The notes below the pieces were generated by a model that was not told where the DNA came from, searched no databases, and saw only the letters and a list, made by a program, of their open reading frames with translations. The position numbers were made by a program, and so were the translations under genes. This document shows positions 38,416 to 49,365 of a stretch of 64,000 nucleotides of DNA, in pieces. The stretch's first letter is position 1, and each line of letters begins with the position of its first letter. Source of the DNA: an uncultured Saprospiraceae bacterium (lineage in GTDB: Bacteria; Bacteroidota; Bacteroidia; Chitinophagales; Saprospiraceae); NCBI GenBank assembly GCA_964475415.1, contig CAYYWZ010000001.1:14360-78359 (forward strand), written 5' to 3'.

Positions 38416-38533
38416 GGGCGTCTACCTTCCTTACAGTCAGGTACCACGCTATTCGGTACTCCGTATTCACTTCGGTGCTACGCACACATATTCCATTACA
38501 TTTCATATGTTACCTACTATCCTTGACGCGGAG
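38416..38533. other. G+C-rich multi-hairpin island in an AT-rich spacer (candidate structured RNA or REP-like intergenic element)
   Basis: Closing pairing gcgtc (38418..38422) / gacgc (38525..38529). Inner hairpins are gtacc-N9-ggtac (38441..38459), cgta..cac-UUCG-gtg..tacg (38462..38482) and acatat-N13-atatgt (38486..38510). It lies between the metK terminator and the gcvP -7 box. Confidence 0.4.
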
Positions 38534-38600
38534 TCATAAGAACAACATATTAACTGAATATAAATAACGAAAAGCACCCACATATTACCTATTTATTCTA

Positions 38601-38608
38601 TATTTTTG
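38601..38608 (+). promoter_or_regulatory. Bacteroidota -7 box (TAnnTTTG) upstream of gcvP
   Basis: tatttttg, the same octamer (followed by ca) as upstream of metK, 71 nt before the gcvP ATG. Confidence 0.35.
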
Positions 38609-38678
38609 CAAGCGTAATCGTTTAGCATATATATCAAGTGTATAGCTAGTAATATTTTACAATTTTAGAACCTACAAT

Positions 38679-41561
38679 ATGTCCTATTCTGAGTTAGATC
38701 TATTCGAACGACGCCACATCGGAATCAATAAAAATGAGACGAATGCTATGCTTAGCAAAATTAATATCTCCTCTCTCGAAGAATTGGTAGAAAAGACAGT
38801 TCCTTCGGGTATCCGATCATCACATGAGTTAAATATTCCAGATGCGACATCTGAATTTGACTACCTTAATGAGTTAAGTCGCATAGCTTCTAAAAATAAA
38901 GTATTTAACAATTTTATAGGGCAAGGTTATTACGGAACCATTACGCCATCTGTCATCCTTAGGAATATATTCCAAAATCCAGGATGGTATACACAGTATA
39001 CTCCTTATCAGGCAGAAATTGCTCAGGGCAGATTAGAAGCCTTGCTTAATTTTCAGACCATGCTTAGTGATCTTACAGGAATGGAAATAGCTAATGCTTC
39101 CCTGCTAGACGAAGCCACTTCAGCTGCTGAGGCTATGGCCATGTTCCAGGACATAGTCAATAAGAAAAGGAAAAAGAATCCAGCAACTAAATATTTTGTA
39201 GATGATAAGGTATACAGCCATACCGTAGATGTAGTTACAACCAGAGCAGAGCCTATAGGTATAGAAATTGTAAGAGGAGATTGGGCAACTGTAGAAATTA
39301 CGGATGAGTACATAGGTGTATTATTACAATACCCTAATGCAGAAGGTGACATATGCGATTATAGATCTTTTGCAGAAAAGTGCAGAGCGCTCAATGTGAA
39401 GATCTGCGTAGCTACAGACCTCATGAGTTTAGCACTACTAGAAGCTCCTGGAACTTGGGGAGCAGATGTAGCAGTAGGTAACACGCAAAGATTTGGCGTC
39501 CCTATGGGATATGGGGGACCGCACGCAGGCTTCTTCGCTACGCACGAAGCCTTCAAACGTCAGATACCAGGAAGAATAATAGGTGTATCTATTGACAGCC
39601 AGAACAATCCTGCACTCAGGATGGCACTACAGACTAGAGAACAACATATCAAAAGAGAAAAAGCAACCTCTAATATATGTACGGCGCAAGCCTTGCTTGC
39701 TGTAATGGCAGGCATGTATGCAGTGTATCATGGCAAAGAAGGTATTCATAATATTGCCGCTAGGATACATCATCTAACTTATATTCTTGCAGAAAATCTT
39801 TCTGCTATGGGTATAGCATTATCCAACGCACATTATTTTGACACTATAACCATCAAGTTAGATAAAGAAAAAATAGATACAATAAGAGAAATCGCTGAGG
39901 CGAAAAAAATAAATCTTTTCTATGATAATAATCGAATTTCTATATCTGTAGATGAAACAAAAAAACAAGAAGACATCGAGCTTATCCTAAGTATCTTTGC
40001 TGAGGCCTTTGACAAGAATTTCTTTGTTTCTTCATCTAATGGTGTACAGAAAATTCCTACTGAACTAAAAAGACAAACATCTTATCTAGATCATGAGATA
40101 TTTAACTCTTACCACACTGAAAGTAAGATGATGCGTTATATCAAGAGTCTAGAGAACAAAGATCTTTCTCTGGTACACTCTATGATAGCACTAGGTTCTT
40201 GTACGATGAAACTTAATGCAGCAACTCAACTGATACCTGTAAGCTGGAATGAGTTTTCTAATCTACATCCTTTTGCTCCTATAGATCAGACAGAAGGGTA
40301 TCAACAAATTTTTGAGGAGCTAGAAAAATACCTAAGTGAAATAACAGGCTTTACTGCTTGCTCTCTACAGCCTAACTCTGGAGCACAGGGAGAATATGCT
40401 GGACTGATGGTTATTTCTGCCTATCATAAGGCTATGGGAAATAATCATAGAAATATTGCTATTATTCCTTCTTCTGCTCATGGTACTAATCCTGCGAGTG
40501 CAGTCATGGCAGGTATGAAGGTAGTTGTTGTAGCCTGTGACGAAAGAGGAAATATCGACTTAGAAGATCTCAAAGCTAAAACGCTAGAACATAAAGATAA
40601 TTTGGCAGCTCTTATGGTAACTTACCCGTCTACACATGGCGTATTTGAGACCGCTATCAAAGAGATCTGTGCACTTATACATGACAATGGTGGCATGGTC
40701 TATATGGACGGTGCTAATATGAATGCGCAAGTGGGATTGACCAGTCCTGGAATAATAGGTGCTGATGTCTGCCATCTTAATTTACATAAGACCTTTGCTA
40801 TACCACATGGAGGTGGTGGGCCCGGTATGGGTCCTATCTGTGTTAATGATAAGTTAGCTCCTTTTCTTCCTCGACATACACTCATAAAAACTGGAGGTGA
40901 GCAAGGCATAGGTGCTATATCTGCCGCGCCATGGGGAAGTGCAAGTATCCTGCTTATCTCTTATGGTTATATAAGACTACTAGGCAAAAAAGGCTTGACA
41001 AATTCTACCATATACGCTATCCTCAATGCTAACTATATTAAGGCTAGACTTGAAGGGGCATATCCAGTACTTTACTCAGGAGAAAACGGAATGGCCGCTC
41101 ATGAGATGATCATAGATCTTAGACAGTTCAAGGCACTAGATATTTCTGCCGAAGATGTAGCAAAGCGTCTGATCGATTATGGATTCCATGCACCGACACT
41201 ATCTTTTCCAGTGCCAGGAACGATCATGATAGAGCCTACAGAAAGTGAAGACAAGGAAGAGATAGATAGGTTCTGTGATGCACTACTTCAGATCAAAGCA
41301 GAGATAGATGAGATAGCAGATGGTACAGCTGATAAAGAAAATAATGTGCTACATAATGCGCCGCACACACTAAGCATGATTACTTCCGATGACTGGTCTT
41401 ATCCTTATGACAGAACTAAGGCCGCTTTTCCTCTGCCCTATCTTAAGAAACAAAAATTTTGGGCTACGATAGGTAGAGTAAACAATGCGCACGGTGATAG
41501 AAATCTAATTTGTACCTGTCCTCCTATAGAGACTTATATGTCTGAAAATACAGAAATATGA
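38679..41561 (+). CDS. gcvP: Glycine dehydrogenase (aminomethyl-transferring), single-chain P protein
   Basis: 960 aa; [22 protein letters not shown], the PLP-lysine region [16 protein letters not shown]. Confidence 0.95.
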   Translation: MSYSELDLFERRHIGINKNETNAMLSKINISSLEELVEKTVPSGIRSSHELNIPDATSEFDYLNELSRIASKNKVFNNFIGQGYYGTITPSVILRNIFQNPGWYTQYTPYQAEIAQGRLEALLNFQTMLSDLTGMEIANASLLDEATSAAEAMAMFQDIVNKKRKKNPATKYFVDDKVYSHTVDVVTTRAEPIGIEIVRGDWATVEITDEYIGVLLQYPNAEGDICDYRSFAEKCRALNVKICVATDLMSLALLEAPGTWGADVAVGNTQRFGVPMGYGGPHAGFFATHEAFKRQIPGRIIGVSIDSQNNPALRMALQTREQHIKREKATSNICTAQALLAVMAGMYAVYHGKEGIHNIAARIHHLTYILAENLSAMGIALSNAHYFDTITIKLDKEKIDTIREIAEAKKINLFYDNNRISISVDETKKQEDIELILSIFAEAFDKNFFVSSSNGVQKIPTELKRQTSYLDHEIFNSYHTESKMMRYIKSLENKDLSLVHSMIALGSCTMKLNAATQLIPVSWNEFSNLHPFAPIDQTEGYQQIFEELEKYLSEITGFTACSLQPNSGAQGEYAGLMVISAYHKAMGNNHRNIAIIPSSAHGTNPASAVMAGMKVVVVACDERGNIDLEDLKAKTLEHKDNLAALMVTYPSTHGVFETAIKEICALIHDNGGMVYMDGANMNAQVGLTSPGIIGADVCHLNLHKTFAIPHGGGGPGMGPICVNDKLAPFLPRHTLIKTGGEQGIGAISAAPWGSASILLISYGYIRLLGKKGLTNSTIYAILNANYIKARLEGAYPVLYSGENGMAAHEMIIDLRQFKALDISAEDVAKRLIDYGFHAPTLSFPVPGTIMIEPTESEDKEEIDRFCDALLQIKAEIDEIADGTADKENNVLHNAPHTLSMITSDDWSYPYDRTKAAFPLPYLKKQKFWATIGRVNNAHGDRNLICTCPPIETYMSENTEI

Positions 41562-42640
41562 GAATTATAATACTGGCTATTATCCTATGTTTTTCTTGCT
41601 CGGTGTATAGCCAGTATGATCATCTTCCTGTGTTTCCAGAACAAGAAGGGGCTGAACTTTTGACTTCTCTACAGAATAGTTTTACACCTGATGATGTGTT
41701 ATCTAGTTCTAATTCTAAGGATACATTATTTGCCGTTATCTATGGAGAGAATGATAGCCTAAGTTGCGTCTATTCTGACTTTACCGTATACATGGATCCC
41801 TCGCAAGATCCCTCGCAAACGGTGTTTAACAACGATAATACTGATGGTATGAACACTGAGCATTCCTACCCTAAGAGCAAAGGATCCGACGGAGGAAATG
41901 CTGAAGCAGATATGCACCATCTCTTCCCTTCGAAGGCCAACGTTAACCAGAGAAGATCCAACTTTAAATATGGAGAGGTAAATGATAATGCCGCAACGAA
42001 CTGGTACCTCAGAGATATTATTCTGAATAATCCACCGTCAGAAAACATAGACGCCTATAGCGAATTCGGAAACGAAACTTTCGAACCTAGAGAAGATATG
42101 AAAGGAAATATTGCTAGAGCCAATTTTTACTTTTATACCATCTACAGAAATGAAGCAGATATAGAAGATCCAGAATTTTTCGATTTACAAAAAGACGATT
42201 TTTGTGACTGGCATTACAATGATCCTGTAGACGAAAAAGAATGGAATAATACATTCAAGATTGCTTCTTACCAAAATGACAAAGCTAATCCGTTTGTACT
42301 AGACTGTAGTCTAGCTACAAGATTGTATTGTGATAATATTTCTGCAGCTTGCAATGCCACGGATACTGAAGATCTATTCCTTACTGATAGCGATTTAAAA
42401 ATCTATCCGAATCCAGCGCAAACTGCATTAAACATACAATCACCGTTCACAGAAAACATTACACGCTATACTATTCACAACAGTCAAGGGATTATTATCT
42501 ATTCATTATCCCGTAATTTGGATATAAACAATGAAAAGCTAAGCATAGAAAATTTGGACTCAGGCATCTACTTTATTTCCTTTATTTTAGAGATAAATCA
42601 TCAGACTTATTATAGCTCGCAAAGGTTTGTAAAGTTGTAG
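41558..42640 (+). CDS. Endonuclease I family extracellular nuclease with T9SS type-A sorting domain
   Basis: Signal peptide, [35 protein letters not shown]-terminal IYPNPA...GIYFISF sorting domain. The ATGA overlaps the gcvP stop. Confidence 0.8.
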   Translation: MRIIILAIILCFSCSVYSQYDHLPVFPEQEGAELLTSLQNSFTPDDVLSSSNSKDTLFAVIYGENDSLSCVYSDFTVYMDPSQDPSQTVFNNDNTDGMNTEHSYPKSKGSDGGNAEADMHHLFPSKANVNQRRSNFKYGEVNDNAATNWYLRDIILNNPPSENIDAYSEFGNETFEPREDMKGNIARANFYFYTIYRNEADIEDPEFFDLQKDDFCDWHYNDPVDEKEWNNTFKIASYQNDKANPFVLDCSLATRLYCDNISAACNATDTEDLFLTDSDLKIYPNPAQTALNIQSPFTENITRYTIHNSQGIIIYSLSRNLDINNEKLSIENLDSGIYFISFILEINHQTYYSSQRFVKL

Positions 42641-42676
42641 ATAAATTACTGTTCCTGATTAATTCAGTAAGAGCTT

Positions 42677-43390
42677 TTAATTCTTCATGCTTATTTTTCT
42701 ATACACAACAATTGGAAGAAAAACCACTAGCATAAGAAATAACACTACGCCCTGCCCCAGCAACAAATACCAAGGCCATGGGCCCATATAATCCAGCAAG
42801 GATGCAACAGGAGGTTTTTCTACCGTATAAAAATAATTAGAGCCAAGAAAGAGATTTATTAAATGAATAACAAACATGTATAGATTCGTCAGAAGGAAAG
42901 TATTGCGCATGTCTCTCCACGTGACTTTGTAGCCATAGACCACAATAGCATAAATAGGGATTATGACTAAGCCACTATGTATCATAAAGTAAACGAAATA
43001 CTCAAAATGTGGAAATCCATTTATTAGATCAGGAGTAAGATTAGCATTGAGTGTTCCGACTAAGACCCAGAAATATAATACACCTAGAAAAAATTTAGTC
43101 CTATAATACATAATAAACGGAGCCATGATCGCCACAATTCTACATAGATGTAAAGGCAAATCCAACTTATAATCAAAAGTACCAAGGCAGGCTAAAATTG
43201 ACATTCTTATAAGCATTCCACCAAGAGGAATCAAAGCGATACTTACACCTATCCGTAGCTGCTGGTCTTTATTACAATAATTCTTAGCATAATAAATTAC
43301 AAATGAACCTAGCATAAAGAAAAAGAACAATGCTGAAATATGGGCCAAAGACCAGGCCTTAAAAAGTTTATCTGTAAAGAAAAAAGACAT
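42677..43390 (-). CDS. Polytopic membrane protein (YwaF/TIGR02206-like by memory)
   Basis: 237 aa with about 7 predicted TM helices. The family name is not verifiable here. Confidence 0.4.
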   Translation of the reverse strand: MSFFFTDKLFKAWSLAHISALFFFFMLGSFVIYYAKNYCNKDQQLRIGVSIALIPLGGMLIRMSILACLGTFDYKLDLPLHLCRIVAIMAPFIMYYRTKFFLGVLYFWVLVGTLNANLTPDLINGFPHFEYFVYFMIHSGLVIIPIYAIVVYGYKVTWRDMRNTFLLTNLYMFVIHLINLFLGSNYFYTVEKPPVASLLDYMGPWPWYLLLGQGVVLFLMLVVFLPIVVYRKISMKN

Positions 43391-43458
43391 CTGTTACTAA
43401 AAATTATAAATCAAAGAAAACAAATTCATATTTTACACTTCTAACTAAAAATACAGAA

Positions 43459-45648
43459 ATGAAAATTAATTGGATATTAATCTTAATGATATCAGCTTCC
43501 ATATTTCAGAAAAGCTATGCAGGTGAAGGTATGTGGCTTCCTCTTTTTCTGAAATCGCTTAATGAAGCAGAGATGCAATCCATGGGAATGAAAATAAGTG
43601 CAGAAGATATCTATTCTGTCAATAAAGGTTCTCTCAAAGATGCCATCGTACATTTTGGTGGATTCTGTACATCAGAGATTATCTCTGACCAAGGTCTATT
43701 ACTTACCAATCATCATTGCGGATACGGTCAGATACAATCGCATTCTTCCGTAGACAACAATCTGCTCGAAGATGGATTCTGGGCAAAAACCAAGGCTGAA
43801 GAACTTTCCAACCCTGGCCTGACAGCAACATTTATAAACGAAATAATAGATGTTACAGACGATGTCCTAAGAAAGGTAAATGATAAGATGTCTGATACAG
43901 AAAGACAAAGCATTATAGATTCTAATCTGGAAATTGTAAGAGCAGAAATAAAAAAATCAGCATATCAAGATGCCTATATAAGACCATTCTATAATGGCAA
44001 CCAATATTTTGCTTTTATAACAACAACTTATAGAGATGTAAGACTAGTAGGAACGCCTCCAGAATCTATAGGTAAATTCGGAGCAGACACAGATAACTGG
44101 GAGTGGCCAAGACACACAGGCGACTTCTCTCTATTTAGAATTTACGCTGGACCAGATAATTTACCTGCTGATTATTCCACTGATAACAAACCTTATAATC
44201 CTAAACACCACTTACCAATCTCACTAGATGGCGTAGAGGAGGGTGATTTTACCTTAGTGTTTGGGTTTCCAGGAAGAACAAACCAATATCTACCTGCAGT
44301 CGCTGTAGAGCAAACAGTAGACGTACTTAATCCTGCCAAAATAGGTATAAGAGAAAAATCTCTCGCTGTGATGAGTAAATATATGCGAGCTGATGAAAGC
44401 ATCAAAATACAATATGCTTCTAAGTTTGCTAGTATAGCCAATTACTGGAAAAAGTGGATCGGTGAAAGTCAGGGATTAGTACAGACCAAAGCTATCCAAA
44501 AGAAGAAAGATCAAGAGGAAAGTTTCATAAGTTATAGTGCAGGTCCCGTCAAAAAAACAAATACTAATAATAAGGCCATAATCGATGAGTTCGGCAAACT
44601 CTATAAAGGAATAGAACCTTATGCACTTACAAGAGACTACTACAGCGAAATCACTTCTAGAAATGTAGAAGCATTGCGAGTATCCGGCTATATGAGAAAC
44701 TTAGTTACTAGATTTGAAAAAAATGGAGCTGAAGGATATACCTCATATGCAAATAGACTAAAAGGTTTCTTAGAAGGAATTTATAAAAACTACAACAGTG
44801 ATGTAGACCAAGAAATATTTACGGAATTGGTAAGCTTATACAAGGATAAGTTGTCTGATCCTTTTGTACCTGATATGATAAGTGGAAAAAATATGCTTAC
44901 CAGAGCAATGGGTACTGCAGAACTATCTAAACAATTATATGCTAACAGTTTCTTGCCACATGGTGACAAGGTTCTTGCCCTATTAGATGCTGATCCTGCA
45001 TCAGCTGTAGCTCAGATAAAAGTAGACCCTATATATAGCTTTAGCTCTGAATGGAAAAAAGTATACGACAAGGAGGTTGCTGCACCATATAACATTTATA
45101 AATCTCAAATAGATTCTCTACAACGTCTTTATATGAAGGCGCAATTAGCAAATGCAGGTGAAAGAAAACTATTTCCTGATGCTAACAGTACAATGAGAGT
45201 ATCCTATGGTCAAGTAAATGGTTACGTACCTATTGATGGCGTTTTCTACACGCCTGTAACCCATCTGGATGGTGTGATTGCAAAGTACAAACCTGGCGAT
45301 TATGAGTTTGATGTTCCTGCAAAACTGATTGACCTATATAACAAAAAAGACTACGGTCAGTATGCCGCGGAAAATGGGAAAATTCCAGTATGCTTCTTAG
45401 GTTCTAATCATACAACTGGAGGTAACTCAGGAAGTCCTGCGATCGATGCACATGGAAATCTTATCGGTCTCAATTTTGATAGAGTGTGGGAAGGTACTAT
45501 GAGCGATCTTAACTATGACAAAAGCATCTGTAGAAACATTATGGTAGATGCACGGTACGTTTTGTTCATCGTAGATAAGTTTGCTGGTGCCACGCACCTT
45601 ATAGATGAGATGACACTAGTACATCCTAAGAAAAAGTTGAAAAAATAA
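43459..45648 (+). CDS. S46 family dipeptidyl-peptidase (DPP7/DPP11-like)
   Basis: GEGMWLP, catalytic His region LLLTNHHCG, catalytic Ser region TTGGNSGSP; 729 aa. Confidence 0.85.
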   Translation: MKINWILILMISASIFQKSYAGEGMWLPLFLKSLNEAEMQSMGMKISAEDIYSVNKGSLKDAIVHFGGFCTSEIISDQGLLLTNHHCGYGQIQSHSSVDNNLLEDGFWAKTKAEELSNPGLTATFINEIIDVTDDVLRKVNDKMSDTERQSIIDSNLEIVRAEIKKSAYQDAYIRPFYNGNQYFAFITTTYRDVRLVGTPPESIGKFGADTDNWEWPRHTGDFSLFRIYAGPDNLPADYSTDNKPYNPKHHLPISLDGVEEGDFTLVFGFPGRTNQYLPAVAVEQTVDVLNPAKIGIREKSLAVMSKYMRADESIKIQYASKFASIANYWKKWIGESQGLVQTKAIQKKKDQEESFISYSAGPVKKTNTNNKAIIDEFGKLYKGIEPYALTRDYYSEITSRNVEALRVSGYMRNLVTRFEKNGAEGYTSYANRLKGFLEGIYKNYNSDVDQEIFTELVSLYKDKLSDPFVPDMISGKNMLTRAMGTAELSKQLYANSFLPHGDKVLALLDADPASAVAQIKVDPIYSFSSEWKKVYDKEVAAPYNIYKSQIDSLQRLYMKAQLANAGERKLFPDANSTMRVSYGQVNGYVPIDGVFYTPVTHLDGVIAKYKPGDYEFDVPAKLIDLYNKKDYGQYAAENGKIPVCFLGSNHTTGGNSGSPAIDAHGNLIGLNFDRVWEGTMSDLNYDKSICRNIMVDARYVLFIVDKFAGATHLIDEMTLVHPKKKLKK

Positions 45649-45670
45649 AATGACTCAACTAGTTAAAAAA

Positions 45671-45705
45671 AGCATTACTTCACTCAGAGGTAATGCTTTT
45701 TTTTA
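45671..45705 (+). terminator. Intrinsic terminator of the S46 peptidase gene
   Basis: agcattac-N11-gtaatgct followed by tttttttt. Confidence 0.75.
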
Positions 45706-45919
45706 TTTACTTATCTAACAAACAGCTAATAGTAACTATATTTTCTAAAGAACTATTTGCAATTATTTTCATAATTCCGACGGATATAATAATAACCTAG
45801 ATTTACGATAGACCATACTTCTAATGATATTCCTACAAGTGCTCTTATTTTCTAATAGATAGTGATCTACTTCTTAGTAGGGTCGATAGATAACTATCCA
45901 TTTATAATTTATAGAAGGA

Positions 45920-46238
45920 TTACAATCTCTGATGATACAATCTATCATTCTTGATTATTATAAGATAATCTCCTCCTATTCTCATATACGTATTTCCGCT
46001 GATGGTAACTTGACCTGGGTTCTTTGCTCTAAGTGTAATAGGCAGTCCGTCTATACCATTAGCATCGAAAACAAATAGGAGTATCTAACCAGATTCCATC
46101 TTCCATTTCGATTATATCACCAGGCTGTGCATTATCTATTGCATCATCTAACTCCGTAATATTAGTAACGGAAATCAACTGAGCATAAAGAGAAGTACTT
46201 GATACCCATAGAACGAAAAGAAGTACAATAATTCTCAT
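45920..46238 (-). pseudogene. 5' stub of a polysaccharide lyase family 6-like (alginate lyase/chondroitinase B-like) gene, frameshifted and truncated
   Basis: Minus-strand ATG at 46238 gives MRIIVLLFVLWVSSTSLYAQLISVTNITELDDAIDNAQPGDIIEMEDGIWLDTPI, then a stop at 46061..46059. A second frame continues VFDANGIDGLPITLRAKNPGQVTISGNTYMRIGGDYLII to a stop at 45922..45920. The pattern (el..Ai..A.PGD.I.l.dG.w.d..i.f.g.Gt...PItlrAe..G.V...G.s.l.i.G.yl) is the PL6 N-terminus. The rest of the gene is absent. Confidence 0.55.
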
Positions 46239-46408
46239 AGTTTAGAATAAAATTTCTTTTCTGGGGCGAATTTGAATTTTGTCAATGATTTAAATTTACT
46301 CAAAAAACAGATATCATAGCGGAAATAAAATAATTATAATGTCAACGATAAGATAAGATATAGACACTAATAATATTGATACATGGAAAATAATACTTTG
46401 TTTTTCGT

Positions 46409-46990
46409 CTACTTACTTGTAGTATTATATCTAAAACACGAAACTAGGTGATCATTGACCATCCCTGTGGCTTGCATAAATGCATAACAGATCGTACTAC
46501 CTACAAACTTAAATCCTCGTTTCTTTAGATCTTTAGCCATAGCGTCTGATTCTGCAGTATTAGCTGGTACTTCTGTTAAATTTTTAAATTTATTCTTAAT
46601 CGTTTTTCCTCCCACAAATGACCAAATATATTTATCGAAACTTCCAAACTCTTTCTGTGTAGCTAAGAAAAATTTTGCATTGTTAATACTTGCATTGACC
46701 TTTAATTTATTTCTAATAATACCTGGATCGCTTAACAGTTTTTCTTTCTTCTTTTCTGTGTATCTAGCTATTTTCGCGGCGTCAAAATTATCATAAACCT
46801 TCCTGTAATGTTCTCTCTTCTTAAGTACTGTACTCCAGCTTAGTCCTGCCTGCGCACCTTCTAATATTAACATCTCAAATAACATCCTGTCATTATGAAC
46901 TGGCACACCCCATTCCGTATCATGGTAGTCTATATAAGCATCGAATCCTAGGCACCATGGGCATCGTTCTTTGGTCTTTTTTATAGCCAT
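46409..46990 (-). CDS. tag: DNA-3-methyladenine glycosylase I
   Basis: RCPWC, YHDTEWGVPVHNDRMLFEMLILEGAQAGLSWSTVLKKRE. Confidence 0.9.
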   Translation of the reverse strand: MAIKKTKERCPWCLGFDAYIDYHDTEWGVPVHNDRMLFEMLILEGAQAGLSWSTVLKKREHYRKVYDNFDAAKIARYTEKKKEKLLSDPGIIRNKLKVNASINNAKFFLATQKEFGSFDKYIWSFVGGKTIKNKFKNLTEVPANTAESDAMAKDLKKRGFKFVGSTICYAFMQATGMVNDHLVSCFRYNTTSK

Positions 46991-47119
46991 TTTTTATATA
47001 TTCGGTCTATTGGTTAGTTTTAGTATAGATCTAATCATTTTTGTTTTAAAATTAATCTCTAATAAGAAGATATTTACTTCCTCAAATTACTATATTGATT
47101 GCTATAACAGAACATAAGC

Positions 47120-48430
47120 ATGAAAAATATTCTACTATACATTTTCTTTATAGGTTCTTCACTTACACTGTCTGCACAGATAAGTGATTTTGATAAATTA
47201 TTATTTGACTTACCTGATGTCGTCTTTGAAAAAATAAATACACCAAAAGGCTATGAATCTGCCTACAAACTTTTAATTAAACAACCAATCGATCATAATA
47301 ATCCAGATCATGGGTATTTCTATCAGAAAGCATACCTCAGTCATAAAGGAATGGATAAGACTACCGTAATGATTACGCAAGGATATAATAGAGGCAGGAA
47401 TGCTATAGGTGAACTCGCAGCCCTTTTACAAGCTAACCAGATAGATATAGAACATAGATATTATGGCGAAAGTCTTCCAGATTCTATAGAATACAAATAC
47501 CTGAACCTAGAACAAGCTACTGCAGATTTACATCATATCAATACACTATTCAGAAATATTTATAAGAACAAGTGGGTCGCTACAGGTATAAGCAAGGGCG
47601 GTCAAACATCAATTTTTTACAGATACTTCTATCCTGAAGATGTAGATGTAAGTGTGCCCTATGTTGCCCCGCTAAACATAGAAAGAGAAGAAACTAGAAT
47701 CTATGATTTTCTCGATACTATCGGCAGTGAAAACTGTAGAAACAAGATACACGATGTGCAAATCAGAATCCTAGAAAATAGAGATGCTACTCTAGACAAA
47801 CTAAAGTGGTACAGTAAGGGAGCGAATCTCAAGTATAGTTATTTGGACTTTGACGAAGCTATAGAATATGCTGTATTAGAGTACCCTTTTTCTTTTTGGC
47901 AATGGGGTGGAAAATGTGATGAGATACCAACAGATACTGCGAGCTTAAACGAAACGCTGATGCACTTTATAGATGTTTCTGGAATTAGTTTTTTCGCAGA
48001 TAATAGTATGGAGGCTTATAAGTCACACTACTACCAAGCTGGAACTCAGATGGGATATTACAGTTATAACACTGAAGGTTTCGAAAAACTACTCAAAGCT
48101 CTACCACTGAAGCCTAATCCTAGTGCCGTATTTATGCCGAATAAAATAGAAGCAGAATTCAATAACGAACTTCCAAAAAAAGTAGATCGCTGGATAAAAG
48201 AAAAAGGAGATAAGTTTATCTACATCAACGGTGCCAATGATACCTGGTCAGCAACGGCTGTACAGCCAAATGAGAAAAGAGATGCCCTATGGTTTTTCTT
48301 GGAGGGAAAAGATCATGGTCAAGCGAGAATTAAGAATATGACTGAAGTGGAAAGGAGTCAGTTGATCACTACCCTAGAAAAATGGCTTGGTCATAATATC
48401 GATGATATATTTGATAAAGAAAAAAAGTAA
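47120..48430 (+). CDS. Secreted S28-family-like serine peptidase
   Basis: Signal peptide, IEHRYYGESLP motif, nucleophile region VATGISKGGQ. Confidence 0.6.
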   Translation: MKNILLYIFFIGSSLTLSAQISDFDKLLFDLPDVVFEKINTPKGYESAYKLLIKQPIDHNNPDHGYFYQKAYLSHKGMDKTTVMITQGYNRGRNAIGELAALLQANQIDIEHRYYGESLPDSIEYKYLNLEQATADLHHINTLFRNIYKNKWVATGISKGGQTSIFYRYFYPEDVDVSVPYVAPLNIEREETRIYDFLDTIGSENCRNKIHDVQIRILENRDATLDKLKWYSKGANLKYSYLDFDEAIEYAVLEYPFSFWQWGGKCDEIPTDTASLNETLMHFIDVSGISFFADNSMEAYKSHYYQAGTQMGYYSYNTEGFEKLLKALPLKPNPSAVFMPNKIEAEFNNELPKKVDRWIKEKGDKFIYINGANDTWSATAVQPNEKRDALWFFLEGKDHGQARIKNMTEVERSQLITTLEKWLGHNIDDIFDKEKK

Positions 48431-48453
48431 GTTCAGATATAGTTAGGAGAATA

Positions 48454-49365
48454 TTATAGGACGAAATCGACGTAAGGATAACAAACATCGAAACCTTTAT
48501 CCTTAAAGTAAGCAACTGTATCTTCTGTAGACTTAGAAGAAACAACGAGGGCAAAATCTCCTCCCCATGCTCCTAAGCTCTTCATACATCCCCAGAAATC
48601 CTCAAAGTGCTTATCCTTAATCTTAGGAATACCCATCGCTTTACTGACTAGTGCCTCATGATCTTCTATCAATTCACAAAATTTCGATAAGGAAGTACAC
48701 TTGATGGTTTCTTCCGTAATTTTATTGAGCGCCTTAGCAAAGATTTTTCTTGATTTTACTTTCTTAAAATAGTCCTTTATAGAATCATCGCTAGATTGTT
48801 TCCTTCCTAGATATACAAAGTATAGACTATTCTTGAACTTAGGATCAAAGTTGATCTCCGTATAATTTATCTCATCATCAACTAACTGATATTCTATCGG
48901 ACCTTCTGCTCCTGCACATGCAACGTCATATCCAGAACCATCGGACACTTTGAAATGTAGCATCATGGGATGTACACCAGCCCATTGTGCTACGAGATGT
49001 GTCAGAGTGGAACTAGATCCTAATCCCCAATCTTTATCAAATTCTAACTTGGTAGTAATTCTAAAGCCATTCCACTTTGAGAGAAATTCTGAGTTCAGAC
49101 GAACTGCATTTTTTAGTAGCTTTTGTAAATTTTTGGATATGGCTTCATCGGTCGTTTTGACACTAGAAAAATCATAGAGAGATATCTGTGCTTCGAACCA
49201 TACTTCTCCTGCTGCATTCTCTGCTTTCCAGTAGATATCTGAACTTTTGATATTCTTGACCTTCATATGCTGGCCTAGCTTGGTAGGTAGCGCAATGGCT
49301 TTAGCTCCATCGAGAATGCCATACTCAGCAGTTAACAATACTTTTCCGTGACCGTAATATTCCAG
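48454..49365 (-). CDS. GYDIA-type GHMP kinase (mevalonate-pathway associated); start codon uncertain
   Basis: GHMP motif WGLGSSSTLTHLVAQWAG, plus SGYDVACA (the GYDIA signature). The conserved N-terminal YYGHGKVLLTAEYGILDGA lies upstream of the track's TTG start. The frame is open up to a TGA at 49395..49393 with no ATG/GTG/TTG, only a CTG at 49365..49363. Confidence 0.7.
   Translation of the reverse strand: MEYYGHGKVLLTAEYGILDGAKAIALPTKLGQHMKVKNIKSSDIYWKAENAAGEVWFEAQISLYDFSSVKTTDEAISKNLQKLLKNAVRLNSEFLSKWNGFRITTKLEFDKDWGLGSSSTLTHLVAQWAGVHPMMLHFKVSDGSGYDVACAGAEGPIEYQLVDDEINYTEINFDPKFKNSLYFVYLGRKQSSDDSIKDYFKKVKSRKIFAKALNKITEETIKCTSLSKFCELIEDHEALVSKAMGIPKIKDKHFEDFWGCMKSLGAWGGDFALVVSSKSTEDTVAYFKDKGFDVCYPYVDFVL

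Noticed and set aside
38416-38533. Glycine riboswitch upstream of gcvP
   Set aside because: gcvP is a classic riboswitch-controlled gene. The minus strand of the island contains caccgaag and taccgaat, which faintly recall the ACCGAAGG core. But these are on the wrong strand for gcvP. The GGAGAG and CUCAGGCAAAAGGAC-type elements are not present, and the island lies upstream of the likely gcvP promoter box. A cmscan run would settle this.
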